Source of the DNA: a virus
Length of the DNA: 64,000 nucleotides
Direction: 5' to 3' (one strand)
Virus record (IMG/VR): IMGVR_UViG_3300048033_001096
Coordinates: 64,001-128,000 of that record
Positions 22,005 to 31,610 of the stretch are shown here, in pieces. Positions within the stretch are counted from its first letter, which is position 1. Every line of letters starts with the position of its first letter. Under the pieces are notes generated by a model. The model made no database searches and was not told the origin of the DNA. It saw nothing but the letters and a program-made list of their open reading frames with translations. The translations under genes were made by a program, and so were the position numbers.

Positions 22005-23759
22005 TCACTTCTTAAATGTATCTGGTATTGTTGGAAATTTAAATTCTGACTCTTCGGATTCTTGTCGCCTTGTTTCTTCAGATCTAGTTTCGTCTGGTAT
22101 ATACGTTAATGGGTCAAGATTTTCGTGGTCCTTCCAAGGCTCGTGTTGCGGGACTCTTTTTGGATAAAATGCTTCATCTGCATCTTCAAAATCATCTGGT
22201 TTTTCTGCGTCAGTAAATTTTAAACTTGCTCGTTTATATGAAGGAGTATTAGCTGTTACAGAGCCTTGAGTTATAGGTCTACTAGCTCTAATATTATTTC
22301 CTCCTAAACCTAAAGTACCCTGTGCGTATGTATTAATATTTCCGTTTGAATTAAATTCAATTCTTCCTGCACGAATGCCCGCTGCTTGGAAAATTCTAGC
22401 CATCCATTTATCTCCTACAAAACTAAAATTTTGGCCACTAAAGTTTGTATCAATTGTCGACTGCGAATTAAGTTCTTTCTGTTGTAAATCTAATTGAAAA
22501 TCTGTTCTTAAAGATGTATTTCCTGCTACTGAAAAAGTTAAATCATTATCTGTTTTTAGATTATCATTATTTTTTACAAATGTTTTTCGATCTTTATTTA
22601 CTGTTACTAACATATTTTCATCAACACTTATTTTATAATCTAGATCAATTTTCATTGTTGTATTTTCTAAAGAATGCATTTTTATATTTTTATCTGCAAT
22701 AATATTAATATCTTCTTTAGCCGAAAAATTAATATCACGTCCTGCATTAAAATTTAAATCATTATCGGTGTTTACGCTTATACTATCTTCTGCGTAGATG
22801 TCAATTTTTCCGTTAGCAGACATTTCAATCCAACTTTTTCCACTACCATGCGAAATATAAATTAAATCTTCTGAGTTATGTAATAAAATTTGGTGACCGT
22901 TTCGTGTTCTTAATCTAATTAACTCATTAGCAGGAATTTTTGTATTACCGCTCCGATCACCGCGTTCTAAATTAGCATATTCTAACGGGCCTGCTTCGTC
23001 GCCGCCTGCTGGTTTTTTTCTAAACAACGACATGTCACCGTCGTCCATTACAAATGAAGACCCGCCTAAACGATTAAAAGGAGCATTAATTGAAGTTCCT
23101 GGAGTTGGTCCGTATGAATGAGTTGGTCCATCTAAATCATGCGGCCCTGGCGTACTTATACCAAATACCATACTCGGTGCTTCTCTTCTAGCACTCGATG
23201 TGTTTGATCCTCTAATGTGATCTTCTAATAATCCAGCATCTCTAAGTTTATCTCGCCTGTCAAGATCGACTGGTTTTTCAATTTGTGTCACATCTTTACC
23301 GTCAACATTATCAGAACGTTTATTATACTCTCCAACTGCTATTGCTATTGACGGGTCAGCTGAGTTGTATGTTGTTGCTGCATTGCCTGGGGTCATAAAA
23401 TTCATTCCAACATCAGGAACACATCCTACCCAGTATGCATTACTAAAGTCACCTTCAGGCATTAATACAAGTACTTGTGTTCCTATATCAGGAGGAACTG
23501 CCCAAAATCCGTAACTTTTTTGAGTGCTTGCATAATCACTATTTCGACTAGATCCCGAATATGGTGTTTGACCATAAAAGGGACTTGCATATTTACAGTT
23601 TACTGTTTCGCCTGCAAAACTTCCGCTTGTTGACCTTCTTAATATTTCAACTTGCAGACCTCCCATAAAAGTAGTGTCTAAGTGACTTACTACTTTTCCG
23701 AGAAATACTCCAACAGTATTTCTTTGTTGATTTGGATTACTTCGTTGTTCTGTTGCCAT
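22005..23759 (-). CDS. gp5: Baseplate central spike, gp5/VgrG-like (OB fold + beta-helix, no lysozyme domain evident)
   Basis: 'G.VV...D....G.LQV...W/YASPF.G...GFWAVPPDIGTQVLV...G....YWVGC' OB fold; 'IRLRTRNGHQILL....IYISH.SG.SWIEM..NGKIDIY' followed by short beta-helix repeats. Confidence 0.8.
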   Translation of the reverse strand: MATEQRSNPNQQRNTVGVFLGKVVSHLDTTFMGGLQVEILRRSTSGSFAGETVNCKYASPFYGQTPYSGSSRNSDYASTQKSYGFWAVPPDIGTQVLVLMPEGDFSNAYWVGCVPDVGMNFMTPGNAATTYNSADPSIAIAVGEYNKRSDNVDGKDVTQIEKPVDLDRRDKLRDAGLLEDHIRGSNTSSARREAPSMVFGISTPGPHDLDGPTHSYGPTPGTSINAPFNRLGGSSFVMDDGDMSLFRKKPAGGDEAGPLEYANLERGDRSGNTKIPANELIRLRTRNGHQILLHNSEDLIYISHGSGKSWIEMSANGKIDIYAEDSISVNTDNDLNFNAGRDINFSAKEDINIIADKNIKMHSLENTTMKIDLDYKISVDENMLVTVNKDRKTFVKNNDNLKTDNDLTFSVAGNTSLRTDFQLDLQQKELNSQSTIDTNFSGQNFSFVGDKWMARIFQAAGIRAGRIEFNSNGNINTYAQGTLGLGGNNIRASRPITQGSVTANTPSYKRASLKFTDAEKPDDFEDADEAFYPKRVPQHEPWKDHENLDPLTYIPDETRSEETRRQESEESEFKFPTIPDTFKK

Positions 23760-26125
23760 TATGTTGTATCATCCGGTCCTTGTGTTCGATTGCCAATTCT
23801 ATTAAATTGGGATCCTTGTGTAAGTGTTGCGCCGCCGCCGCCAAGAAGTTTGTTAATAAGTGCGCCAGCAACACTTTCAATAGATATATCTTGATTTCTA
23901 TTTCTGGCAAGCTCTAATGTTTGAGTAAACTGGCCATTATCAAAATTATTTTCAACTTTTATAACTCTATATATTCCGCTAAACATTGCAATAGGCAAAA
24001 ATCCACCAAGGGGATATTCGACAAATCCGTCACTTTCGTTATAATCAATTGGTGTTTTAAAGTTTAATATAATATAAACTTCTCCGTCCATTGGATTCAT
24101 GCTGCCGTCGATTGTAACTGGTAATAAAGGAGAACTTGGAAGTCCTAAATAATTTCCAATTCCTACATCACATATAAAATACGGATCTCCGTGTATTTTT
24201 AATTTTGCTTGGATCATATCGTTTGACGAATTAATCATCATTTCGTTAAAATATCTAGCCGACCCAGTTAATGCATCATCAAAACCATTACCACCGTTTG
24301 CGCCTGTATTTCCTTGTGTTGATGTTCTAGCAGTGTCTTCAGTTCGTCCTCCGCTTGATGCAGAAGTGTTAACAGAAAGATTGTTACCAGTTGTTACAAC
24401 TGTATCAGTTTGTTTTTGTCCAAGACCTAATTGACTACCTAGTCTTTGTAAAATTTGTTTTTGAGATCTAGCAGCATTTACACCTGTAAAAAACATTTGA
24501 TCAAACTTTAAATCAAAATCGATAACATCTTTATTTTGTCCAGTGTAAATGTAGCTATATGCTTTTGGTGTTAATAACTGTTTAATAAATGTTTTTGTAA
24601 AAGATCCATTGTTTGGTGCAGAATAGTTAGATCCGTCTGATATCCATTTTCTAACCCTATATACAAAGATTTTTGGATCTCGACCAGTTATTAGTCCTCC
24701 AAACAAACTACCAGCATTATATGTCTGTGCTTCAATTCTAAACCATTCTATTCCGCCTGCCATATTTGCTCGCATACGTGCATAGTTTCTTCCATATTCC
24801 GAAGAAATTATAACCTCTTCAATCATTTGAGGGATTGTTGTTCCCGATTCAAATGTATAAACGTTTGCTTCAGGATCGTACGAAATAGATCCTCGTTTTA
24901 GCCTTCCAGGGTTGGCCGGATCTTCTGCAAAAGAAGGATATTGGTAAGGTGTATCGCCAGCGTTAAACGTGCTGCCTGGCTCAATTAACGGTGACCGTCC
25001 GATAGCATTCATGTCAGCAATAGCTTCGGCTTTTAATTTGTCACCTAATATAGATCCTAAACTAAAAATATTTGTGTTTTCTGCTAATCTTTCCATAACC
25101 CGAGGAGGTAGGGCACCTTGATCACCAACTAAACCTTGATACCAGTCTTGTATTCCTGTTCCTATTGAGCCTAGCGAACCATTAATTGCACTTGCTACAG
25201 AATTAATAGCGCCGCTAACTGCTCCGAGATTATTTGAATTTGGAAATTGAATTACATACTTGTTTGCAGCGCCACCAGTTTGTCCGGCACTGTCTTGATC
25301 ATCAGCAATTCCGTTAAGTTCTGCTGTTAAACTTTGAGCTCCTGTTTGTAAAACTTCTCCAACTGTGCGTCCTTTTATAGCAACATCAATAGGTATTTCG
25401 ACAGTGTTATTAGTAAGTGCTCTATCAGAATAAGGAGCTGCTTGTACGTGATATACTGCGCCGCCTTCAGAAACTTCCATTTCAACTTGTACTAGCTGTA
25501 TAGGAAAATGTCTTTGACTTAATAAAGACGATGACACATTTCCTTCGTCATCATATCCTATAAATGCAACACTTATTAAAAACGGTGCATCTTGATAATT
25601 TGGATGTCCTGTTACTAAAGAAGCACTTCGCAAGTTGTGAAAGAATTGGCCCATTGAATACGGCTCAATAACTTTAAATGTAATACTAGTAGCATTAGAG
25701 TGTCTTGATCTTGGATTAGGTGCAACTGTGTTTTCAATCATTACATCTTCAATAAAAAATTCTCGTTTTCCACCTAGATCATATAATGACGGAATTGTTG
25801 GTCCGCCTCGGCCACCGCTTCTGATAATTTTAACAAGTGGGCCAAGTATTCGATACGATAAAGGAAAGTTGTATTCTAAATTAGTTAAACACCCTAAGGT
25901 AAAAATAGGAGCATAGCTAGCAAATTTATCTAACTCATTCCTAAATGGAAATATATCTGCTCCGTATAATGCCGACGCTCCGGCCAAACTTGGGTTTTGT
26001 AAAAAGTTATATGCAGTAGCAACTGTGCTACGGTCTTTAACTGTAGACCTATTATTACTACCTACTTCGCCAACGCCAGGGTCTCCAAAAAATATATTAT
26101 TTGAATCATCAGGTACATATGGCAT
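23759..26125 (-). CDS. Baseplate hub protein (gp27/VgrG-N-like), 788 aa
   Basis: C-terminal 'KIHGDPYF...SGIYRVIKVENNFDNGQFTQTLELAR' is typical of hub proteins; located between gp53 and gp5. Confidence 0.6.
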   Translation of the reverse strand: MPYVPDDSNNIFFGDPGVGEVGSNNRSTVKDRSTVATAYNFLQNPSLAGASALYGADIFPFRNELDKFASYAPIFTLGCLTNLEYNFPLSYRILGPLVKIIRSGGRGGPTIPSLYDLGGKREFFIEDVMIENTVAPNPRSRHSNATSITFKVIEPYSMGQFFHNLRSASLVTGHPNYQDAPFLISVAFIGYDDEGNVSSSLLSQRHFPIQLVQVEMEVSEGGAVYHVQAAPYSDRALTNNTVEIPIDVAIKGRTVGEVLQTGAQSLTAELNGIADDQDSAGQTGGAANKYVIQFPNSNNLGAVSGAINSVASAINGSLGSIGTGIQDWYQGLVGDQGALPPRVMERLAENTNIFSLGSILGDKLKAEAIADMNAIGRSPLIEPGSTFNAGDTPYQYPSFAEDPANPGRLKRGSISYDPEANVYTFESGTTIPQMIEEVIISSEYGRNYARMRANMAGGIEWFRIEAQTYNAGSLFGGLITGRDPKIFVYRVRKWISDGSNYSAPNNGSFTKTFIKQLLTPKAYSYIYTGQNKDVIDFDLKFDQMFFTGVNAARSQKQILQRLGSQLGLGQKQTDTVVTTGNNLSVNTSASSGGRTEDTARTSTQGNTGANGGNGFDDALTGSARYFNEMMINSSNDMIQAKLKIHGDPYFICDVGIGNYLGLPSSPLLPVTIDGSMNPMDGEVYIILNFKTPIDYNESDGFVEYPLGGFLPIAMFSGIYRVIKVENNFDNGQFTQTLELARNRNQDISIESVAGALINKLLGGGGATLTQGSQFNRIGNRTQGPDDTT

Positions 26126-26126
26126 T

Positions 26127-26441
26127 TTAAACTCCTAGCGTTCTTGATAACGCATCACCTTGAGGAAGATATATCTTGACACCTGCAACTAAATCATAAA
26201 CTGGATCTTTTAATACATCCATATTACGTTGTGCAAATACCCACCATAAATTTTTTGTTCCATATAAATCATGTGCTAACAAATCCGGTCTATATGTATA
26301 TTGTGTTTGTACTTCGTATAAAATATCGTCAGTACTTTCCGGAATAGGACGTATAGATAATACATCTAAATATAGATTATTAGTTACATTAGTATTAAAC
26401 CAAGGACTATTAGTTTCGTACCTTACATCAACCTTTCTCAT
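26127..26441 (-). CDS. gp53: Baseplate wedge gp53-like (LysM-like)
   Basis: 'YRPDLLAHDLYG..NLWWVFAQRN...DP....G..IYLP' motif. Confidence 0.85.
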   Translation of the reverse strand: MRKVDVRYETNSPWFNTNVTNNLYLDVLSIRPIPESTDDILYEVQTQYTYRPDLLAHDLYGTKNLWWVFAQRNMDVLKDPVYDLVAGVKIYLPQGDALSRTLGV

Positions 26442-27202
26442 TAAATAAATCCTTTTTTACCAACGTATCCGCCGTTTATAAATTCGTCCATACTAAACTT
26501 AGTTATTGATTTTCTGCTGTATGTAGGCTGTACTTGAATATTAATTTGACTTCTTACTGGAACCCAAGTTCCGTTTTCACCAATATCTGTTTGTATATAA
26601 TCAACGTCACTTGGCAAATCAACTGTAAAGTATGTTACTGTTACAGGAATATCTTTAAAGACAAAGTCTCCGTAGCCATTTAATTTTACAACAGGGGGCG
26701 GTGATCCAGCATTAGAAGTTTTTCCGTATGCCATTTTAGTTATACTTCTTAAATAATGAGTTGCTGCAACCCAATATTCTGCTTCTTTTGCATTTTCAAC
26801 AAAAAATTCTCCAATAATACTTATAGCATTCACTTGGCTATTTTGATAAGACGGAAAAGGATAATTACTATGTGTAGGGTGTAGAGAATTATAATTAGCT
26901 GAATGTTCTAATGTAATTTGAGGAGTGTATGGAAACATAAATCCGTCAGTTTCGAGAAGCGGCTGTAATATCGAACTGTTTAAATAATTTGGAGGTAAGG
27001 AAAGTCTAACACGCCAATCTAAATCTGTTTGAGAGCCCCAGTCAGCTTGTACAAAGTTTAAATCAGTCGACGACACTGCTCCTAAAGGAAGATTTCCTCT
27101 ACGCCTTGCAGAAGGATCTGCTATTACATTTGAAACTTGTGCAGGAGTTGACCCAACATTTGGTTGACTTCCACTTAAATTTTCATTACTCGAATTAGCC
27201 AT
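26441..27202 (-). CDS. Tail-tube initiator/baseplate cap, gp48/gp54-like
   Basis: 'FPYTP.I...HSANY....PTHSNY' and 'PPPVVKLNGYG...F..IPV.V..F.V' tube-fold motifs; AGGAG SD; first gene of the baseplate operon. Confidence 0.65.
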   Translation of the reverse strand: MANSSNENLSGSQPNVGSTPAQVSNVIADPSARRRGNLPLGAVSSTDLNFVQADWGSQTDLDWRVRLSLPPNYLNSSILQPLLETDGFMFPYTPQITLEHSANYNSLHPTHSNYPFPSYQNSQVNAISIIGEFFVENAKEAEYWVAATHYLRSITKMAYGKTSNAGSPPPVVKLNGYGDFVFKDIPVTVTYFTVDLPSDVDYIQTDIGENGTWVPVRSQINIQVQPTYSRKSITKFSMDEFINGGYVGKKGFI

Positions 27203-27221
27203 ATTTGTTCTCCTATACTAT

Positions 27222-27229
27222 TATTTAGT
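27222..27229 (-). promoter_or_regulatory. Late promoter (ACTAAATA) for baseplate operon
   Basis: Reverse complement of tatttagt, about 20 nt upstream of the ATG at 27202; abuts the -35 box of the divergent gp55 promoter. Confidence 0.6.
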
Positions 27230-27257
27230 TGACAAAATTAACCGAGTATATTATAAT
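27229..27257 (+). promoter_or_regulatory. Consensus sigma70 promoter for gp55
   Basis: TTGACA (27229-27234), 17-nt spacer, TATAAT (27252-27257). Confidence 0.9.
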
Positions 27258-27279
27258 GTTACTAACAACTGGAGAAATT

Positions 27280-28113
27280 ATGCGAAAAGTAAACTATCTT
27301 AACAATAAAGATTTATTAAAACAAATACATATATCAAAGTCAAAATTTTGTAGCTACGTTGAATCAGATTATAACCAATATGATATTATATTACCAAGTG
27401 TAGATAAAATTCATGTAAGGACTATTGCTGAAGCAAAAAGAAATAAAGCTAAACGCCTCGGCGATGCTGACTATCAAGCAAGAAAACTCAAAGGCGAAAA
27501 GGTTAAACAAGCCGATTGTGAAATCGACTACAAGTCTATTACAAAAGAAGAACTTATCTTTCGTATTATGACATTTGATCATATTCCTGACGAACCAGGA
27601 CGTAAAAAAACTCCAAAGACTGTTGCAGATACAAAAGTTAAACTAAATTTTCCACCTTTTCAGCACTACAAGTTTAACGAAGAAGGCGAATTAGTATGTG
27701 TAGGTAAGAGTCACTGGACAGGTGGCATGGAAAACGGACATTTTAGTATGAAACATGCTAGAGCTACTAACGAATTAGCTCGCATGTGGATGAAACTAGT
27801 AGATCGCTATGCTACAAGAGGTAATGTTCGCGGTTATACCTATAATGACGAAATGAAAGGTCAAGCAATACTACAATTATCACAAATTGGCTTACAATTT
27901 GACGAATCAAAGTCAAATAACCCGTTTGCATACTACACTGCCGCTGTTACTAACAGTTTTGTTCGTGTTATTAATTTAGAAAAGCGTAATCAAAACATTA
28001 GAGACGATATTTTAGAAATGAATGACCTAAGTCCTAGTTATACTAGACAACATGCAGGCGAGTGGGAAGCTGCTGTCGAAAGAGAACGAAAAGCAACAGA
28101 GAAAAAATCTTGA
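27280..28113 (+). CDS. gp55: Late-transcription sigma factor gp55-like (277 aa)
   Basis: 'NYLNNKDLL' and 'GYTYNDEM...A......FD..KS.NPFAYYT....NSF.R.I..EK' are gp55 motifs. Start moved to ATG 27280 (GGAG SD at 27271) because the track's TTG start is the -35 box. Confidence 0.88.
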   Translation: MRKVNYLNNKDLLKQIHISKSKFCSYVESDYNQYDIILPSVDKIHVRTIAEAKRNKAKRLGDADYQARKLKGEKVKQADCEIDYKSITKEELIFRIMTFDHIPDEPGRKKTPKTVADTKVKLNFPPFQHYKFNEEGELVCVGKSHWTGGMENGHFSMKHARATNELARMWMKLVDRYATRGNVRGYTYNDEMKGQAILQLSQIGLQFDESKSNNPFAYYTAAVTNSFVRVINLEKRNQNIRDDILEMNDLSPSYTRQHAGEWEAAVERERKATEKKS

Positions 28114-28138
28114 CAATACTGTGTTATGACTATACAAT
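28110..28138 (+). promoter_or_regulatory. Sigma70 promoter for gp47/gp46
   Basis: TTGACA (28110-28115), 17 nt, TACAAT (28133-28138). Confidence 0.8.
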
Positions 28139-28166
28139 AGTATTGTTAGAATAGAGGAACTATAAT

Positions 28167-29177
28167 TTGTTTAAAAAAGCAGCAGTGTTTACCGATATTC
28201 ACTTCGGATTAAAAGGTAACAGTCGTATTCACAACGAAGATTGTGAAGAATTTGTAGATTGGTTTATAGAACAAGCAAAAGCTAACGGTTGTGAGACTGG
28301 AATCTTCTGCGGAGATTGGCATCACAACAGAAATAGCCTAAATCTTACAACTATGGATGCTACTATTCGTAGTTTAGAAAAACTAGGTGCTGCATTTGAC
28401 AAGTTTTATATGTTTGTCGGCAATCATGACTTATATTATAAGGACAAGCGTGACGTAAGCTCAACTATATTTGGAAAACATATTCCTGGCATTACTATTG
28501 TAGACGAAATGACAGAAATTGAAGATGTTTGTATGGTTCCGTGGCTTGTAGGTGACGAATGGAAGAAGATCGAAAAGATCAAAGCCAAATATATGTTTGG
28601 ACACTTCGAACTTCCTAGTTTTTATATGAATGCCATGGTTCAAATGCCCGATCACGGCGACTTGCGTCCTAGTCACTTTGCTAATCAAGAATATGTGTTT
28701 AGCGGTCACTTCCACAAACGTCAGGTACAAGGCAAGATTCATTACATCGGTAATGCGTTTCCGCACAACTATGCCGATGCGTGGGATGACGAACGTGGCA
28801 TGATGATACTAGATCGTGAAAACAACAAAGAGCCCGAGTACATCAACTGGTGGAACTGTCCTAAGTATCGTACAACTACACTAAGCAAGTTATTAGATCC
28901 TGACGCAAACATTATTAAACCTAAAATGTATTTGCGTGTTACTATTGATGTGCCTATTAGTTACGAAGAAGCACAATTTATTAAAGAAACTTATATCAGT
29001 ACACACAACTGTCGTGAGATTACATTAATTCCACAAAAACAAATTGAAGAAATTACAACAGATGTAGATATTTCTGTGTTTGAAAGTGTTGACGAGATTG
29101 TATCTAAAGAAATTACTGCAATCGATAGTGAAAACTTTAATAAAAAAACATTATTGGACATTTATAACGAGCTATGA
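28167..29177 (+). CDS. gp47: Recombination nuclease subunit gp47 (Mre11/SbcD-like)
   Basis: Metallophosphoesterase motifs DIHFG, GDW.H, GNHD, GHFE, SGHFH; TTG start with GAGG SD. Confidence 0.93.
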   Translation: MFKKAAVFTDIHFGLKGNSRIHNEDCEEFVDWFIEQAKANGCETGIFCGDWHHNRNSLNLTTMDATIRSLEKLGAAFDKFYMFVGNHDLYYKDKRDVSSTIFGKHIPGITIVDEMTEIEDVCMVPWLVGDEWKKIEKIKAKYMFGHFELPSFYMNAMVQMPDHGDLRPSHFANQEYVFSGHFHKRQVQGKIHYIGNAFPHNYADAWDDERGMMILDRENNKEPEYINWWNCPKYRTTTLSKLLDPDANIIKPKMYLRVTIDVPISYEEAQFIKETYISTHNCREITLIPQKQIEEITTDVDISVFESVDEIVSKEITAIDSENFNKKTLLDIYNEL

Positions 29178-30943
29178 TTAAAATTAAAGACTTAACAGTT
29201 AAAAACTTTATGAGCGTGGGCAATCAAACTCAAGCTGTAGACTTTAACAAAGAAAAACTAACACTTGTGCTAGGTGAAAACTTAGATCAAGGTGGCGATG
29301 ACAGTGGATCACGCAACGGCACTGGTAAGACTACCATTATCAATGCATTAAGTTATGCGATGTATGGCAAGGCTCTTACAAATATTAGAGCAAACAATCT
29401 TATCAATAAAACAAACTCAAAAGGTATGGTTGTTAGTTTAGATTTTGAAAAAGACGGTAATCAATACCGCCTTGAGAGAGGACGTTCGCCCACTTTCTTT
29501 AAGTTTTATATCAATAACGAAGAACAAGTAGAAGACGAGTCGCAAGGTGACAGTCGTAAAACACAAGAATACCTAAATGATTTGTTAGGTATGTCGCATG
29601 ACATGTTCAAACACATTGTTGCACTTAATACCTACTCAGAACCGTTCCTTGCAATGCGACAAAACGATCAACGTGCTATTATTGAGCAGTTGTTGGGTAT
29701 TACTATACTGTCTGAGAAGGCAGAAAACTTAAAAGAACAAGTTCGTAATACAAAAGATGCTATTACACAAGAAACTCTTAAGATTGAAGCAATACAAACT
29801 GCTAATAGTAAAATTGAAACTACTATTGCAAGTTTGCAAAACAATCAACGTGCTTGGGTTGCTAAAAAACAGCAAGATATTGCTAAATTACAGCAAGGAA
29901 TTAACGAATTAGAACACTTAGACATTGATTTAGAGCTTGATTTACATGAAAAATTAACAAACTGGACCGAATTAAACACTGCAATTACGGCTCTTAATAA
30001 AGAAAAAAGCACATTAGACTCTGCACTATTACGTGCCACCAAGAGTGTCGAAAAGGCAGAAAAAGACATCGCAAATCTTGACGATGCAACCTGCTACACA
30101 TGCGGACAAGAGCTTCATGCAGACAAAAAAGCTGAAATTGAGACACGTAAAGCTAAAGAATTAACTGATGCAATGGCATATCAAACAGAAGTTGCTGGTA
30201 AACTTGAAGAAGTACTAAAGGCGTTGTTAGAAATTGGCAACATTAACGGACGTCCTAACACTTTTTATGAGACTGCTAAAGAAGCATACGAACATAGGCA
30301 GAATGTTGATAGTTTGAAACAAGCATTAACTTCAAAGCAAGAAGAAACTGATCCGTATCAAGCACAGATTGACGAACTAAACACTAGTGCTATGCAAGAA
30401 ATTAGTTGGGATTCAATTAACGAGCTTACAAACTATAAAGAGCACCAAGAGTTCTTATTAAAACTGCTTACAAACAAAGATAGTTTTATTCGCAAGAAGA
30501 TTATCGAACAAAACCTAGCATATCTAAACAACAGACTTACATATTATCTAGATAAACTAGGCTTGCCGCATCAAGTAGTGTTCCAAAACGACTTAAATGT
30601 TGAAATTACACAGCTAGGACAAGACTTAGACTTTGATAACCTGTCACGTGGCGAACGCAACAGACTTATTTTAGGATTGAGTTTTGCATTCCGTGACGTT
30701 TGGGAAAGTCTATATCAAAATATCAACTTGTTGTTTATTGACGAGTTGATTGATAGTGGTATGGACACTGCTGGTGTAGAAGGTGCGCTGAGTGTTCTTA
30801 AGAAAATTGCACGTGAGCGTGAGAAAAATATTTTCTTAATCTCACACAAAGACGAACTAGTAGGTAGAGTAAATCATATTCTTAAAGTTGTAAAAGAAAA
30901 TGGGTTTACAAGTTACGAAAACGATTTAGATGTTGTAGAATGA
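29174..30943 (+). CDS. gp46: Recombination ATPase gp46 (Rad50/SbcC-like)
   Basis: 'KNFMSVGN', Walker A NGTGKTT, coiled coil with CYTC zinc hook, signature LSRGE, Walker B LLFIDE, ISH loop. Confidence 0.95.
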   Translation: MIKIKDLTVKNFMSVGNQTQAVDFNKEKLTLVLGENLDQGGDDSGSRNGTGKTTIINALSYAMYGKALTNIRANNLINKTNSKGMVVSLDFEKDGNQYRLERGRSPTFFKFYINNEEQVEDESQGDSRKTQEYLNDLLGMSHDMFKHIVALNTYSEPFLAMRQNDQRAIIEQLLGITILSEKAENLKEQVRNTKDAITQETLKIEAIQTANSKIETTIASLQNNQRAWVAKKQQDIAKLQQGINELEHLDIDLELDLHEKLTNWTELNTAITALNKEKSTLDSALLRATKSVEKAEKDIANLDDATCYTCGQELHADKKAEIETRKAKELTDAMAYQTEVAGKLEEVLKALLEIGNINGRPNTFYETAKEAYEHRQNVDSLKQALTSKQEETDPYQAQIDELNTSAMQEISWDSINELTNYKEHQEFLLKLLTNKDSFIRKKIIEQNLAYLNNRLTYYLDKLGLPHQVVFQNDLNVEITQLGQDLDFDNLSRGERNRLILGLSFAFRDVWESLYQNINLLFIDELIDSGMDTAGVEGALSVLKKIAREREKNIFLISHKDELVGRVNHILKVVKENGFTSYENDLDVVE

Positions 30944-31143
30944 TAGATGACGACACACATGATAAATTAGTAAAAGCATACATGACATATTTTAAGGCAA
31001 ATGAAAATTTTGAATCAAGAAATAGTGTTCGTACGCATAGAGAAGCAAGGAGATGTCTCAGAGAAATAAGAGATCTTGCTAAACTTCGTATGGACGAAAT
31101 ACATAACTCATTTCAAACCAAAAAAGAAAGCGATAACAACTAG
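30940..31143 (+). CDS. Small basic helical protein, possibly Hc1/histone-like (67 aa)
   Basis: Overlaps the gp46 stop (ATGA). 'NENFE.RN....REARRCLREI..LAK.R..EI' resembles short Hc1-like phage proteins. Confidence 0.5.
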   Translation: MIDDDTHDKLVKAYMTYFKANENFESRNSVRTHREARRCLREIRDLAKLRMDEIHNSFQTKKESDNN

Positions 31144-31160
31144 GCACAGGTAAGTAACTG

Positions 31161-31610
31161 ATGCAGTGGACTTACCAAGGAAAAACAATTGACACAATAC
31201 CAGATGAGTATGAAGGCTTTGTTTACCTTATCACAAATACCACTACAGGCCAAAAATACGTAGGCAAGAAACTAGCAAAATTTAAAACTACTAAGCCACC
31301 TCTAAAAGGCAAGAAAAACAAAAGACGAGGCTACAAAGAAAGCGATTGGAAGACTTACTGGGGTTCCAGTGATAGGCTAAACGCAGATGTAGCAGCACTA
31401 GGCGAAGAAAACTTCACAAGAGAAATATTATACCTATGTAAAGGTAGGGGCGAAATGTCCTACATAGAGGCAAGAGAACAGTTTGATAGGCGTGTACTTG
31501 AAACAGACGAATACTATAATGGTATTATTAATGTTAGAGTAGGCGGATCAGACAAACTCAAACAGGCATTGCTAGAACATCACATCCAGGCAAAACAATC
31601 CAACACATAA
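31161..31610 (+). CDS. Stand-alone GIY-YIG endonuclease (149 aa)
   Basis: 'GFVYLITN...GQKYVGKK' GIY-YIG motif, 'W..YWGSS', 'F.REIL', catalytic-type E in 'YIEAREQ', 'YYN'. No evident C-terminal DNA-binding modules. Confidence 0.85.
   Translation: MQWTYQGKTIDTIPDEYEGFVYLITNTTTGQKYVGKKLAKFKTTKPPLKGKKNKRRGYKESDWKTYWGSSDRLNADVAALGEENFTREILYLCKGRGEMSYIEAREQFDRRVLETDEYYNGIINVRVGGSDKLKQALLEHHIQAKQSNT

Noticed and set aside
324-25916. Plus-strand short ORFs and small alternative-frame ORFs within the baseplate block
   Set aside because: Fully or largely nested in long, motif-bearing minus-strand genes, with no independent expression signals.
27229-27279. Longer 294-aa gp55 starting at TTG 27229
   Set aside because: That TTG is the -35 box of a perfect sigma70 promoter, upstream of the transcription start; ATG 27280 has a proper SD.
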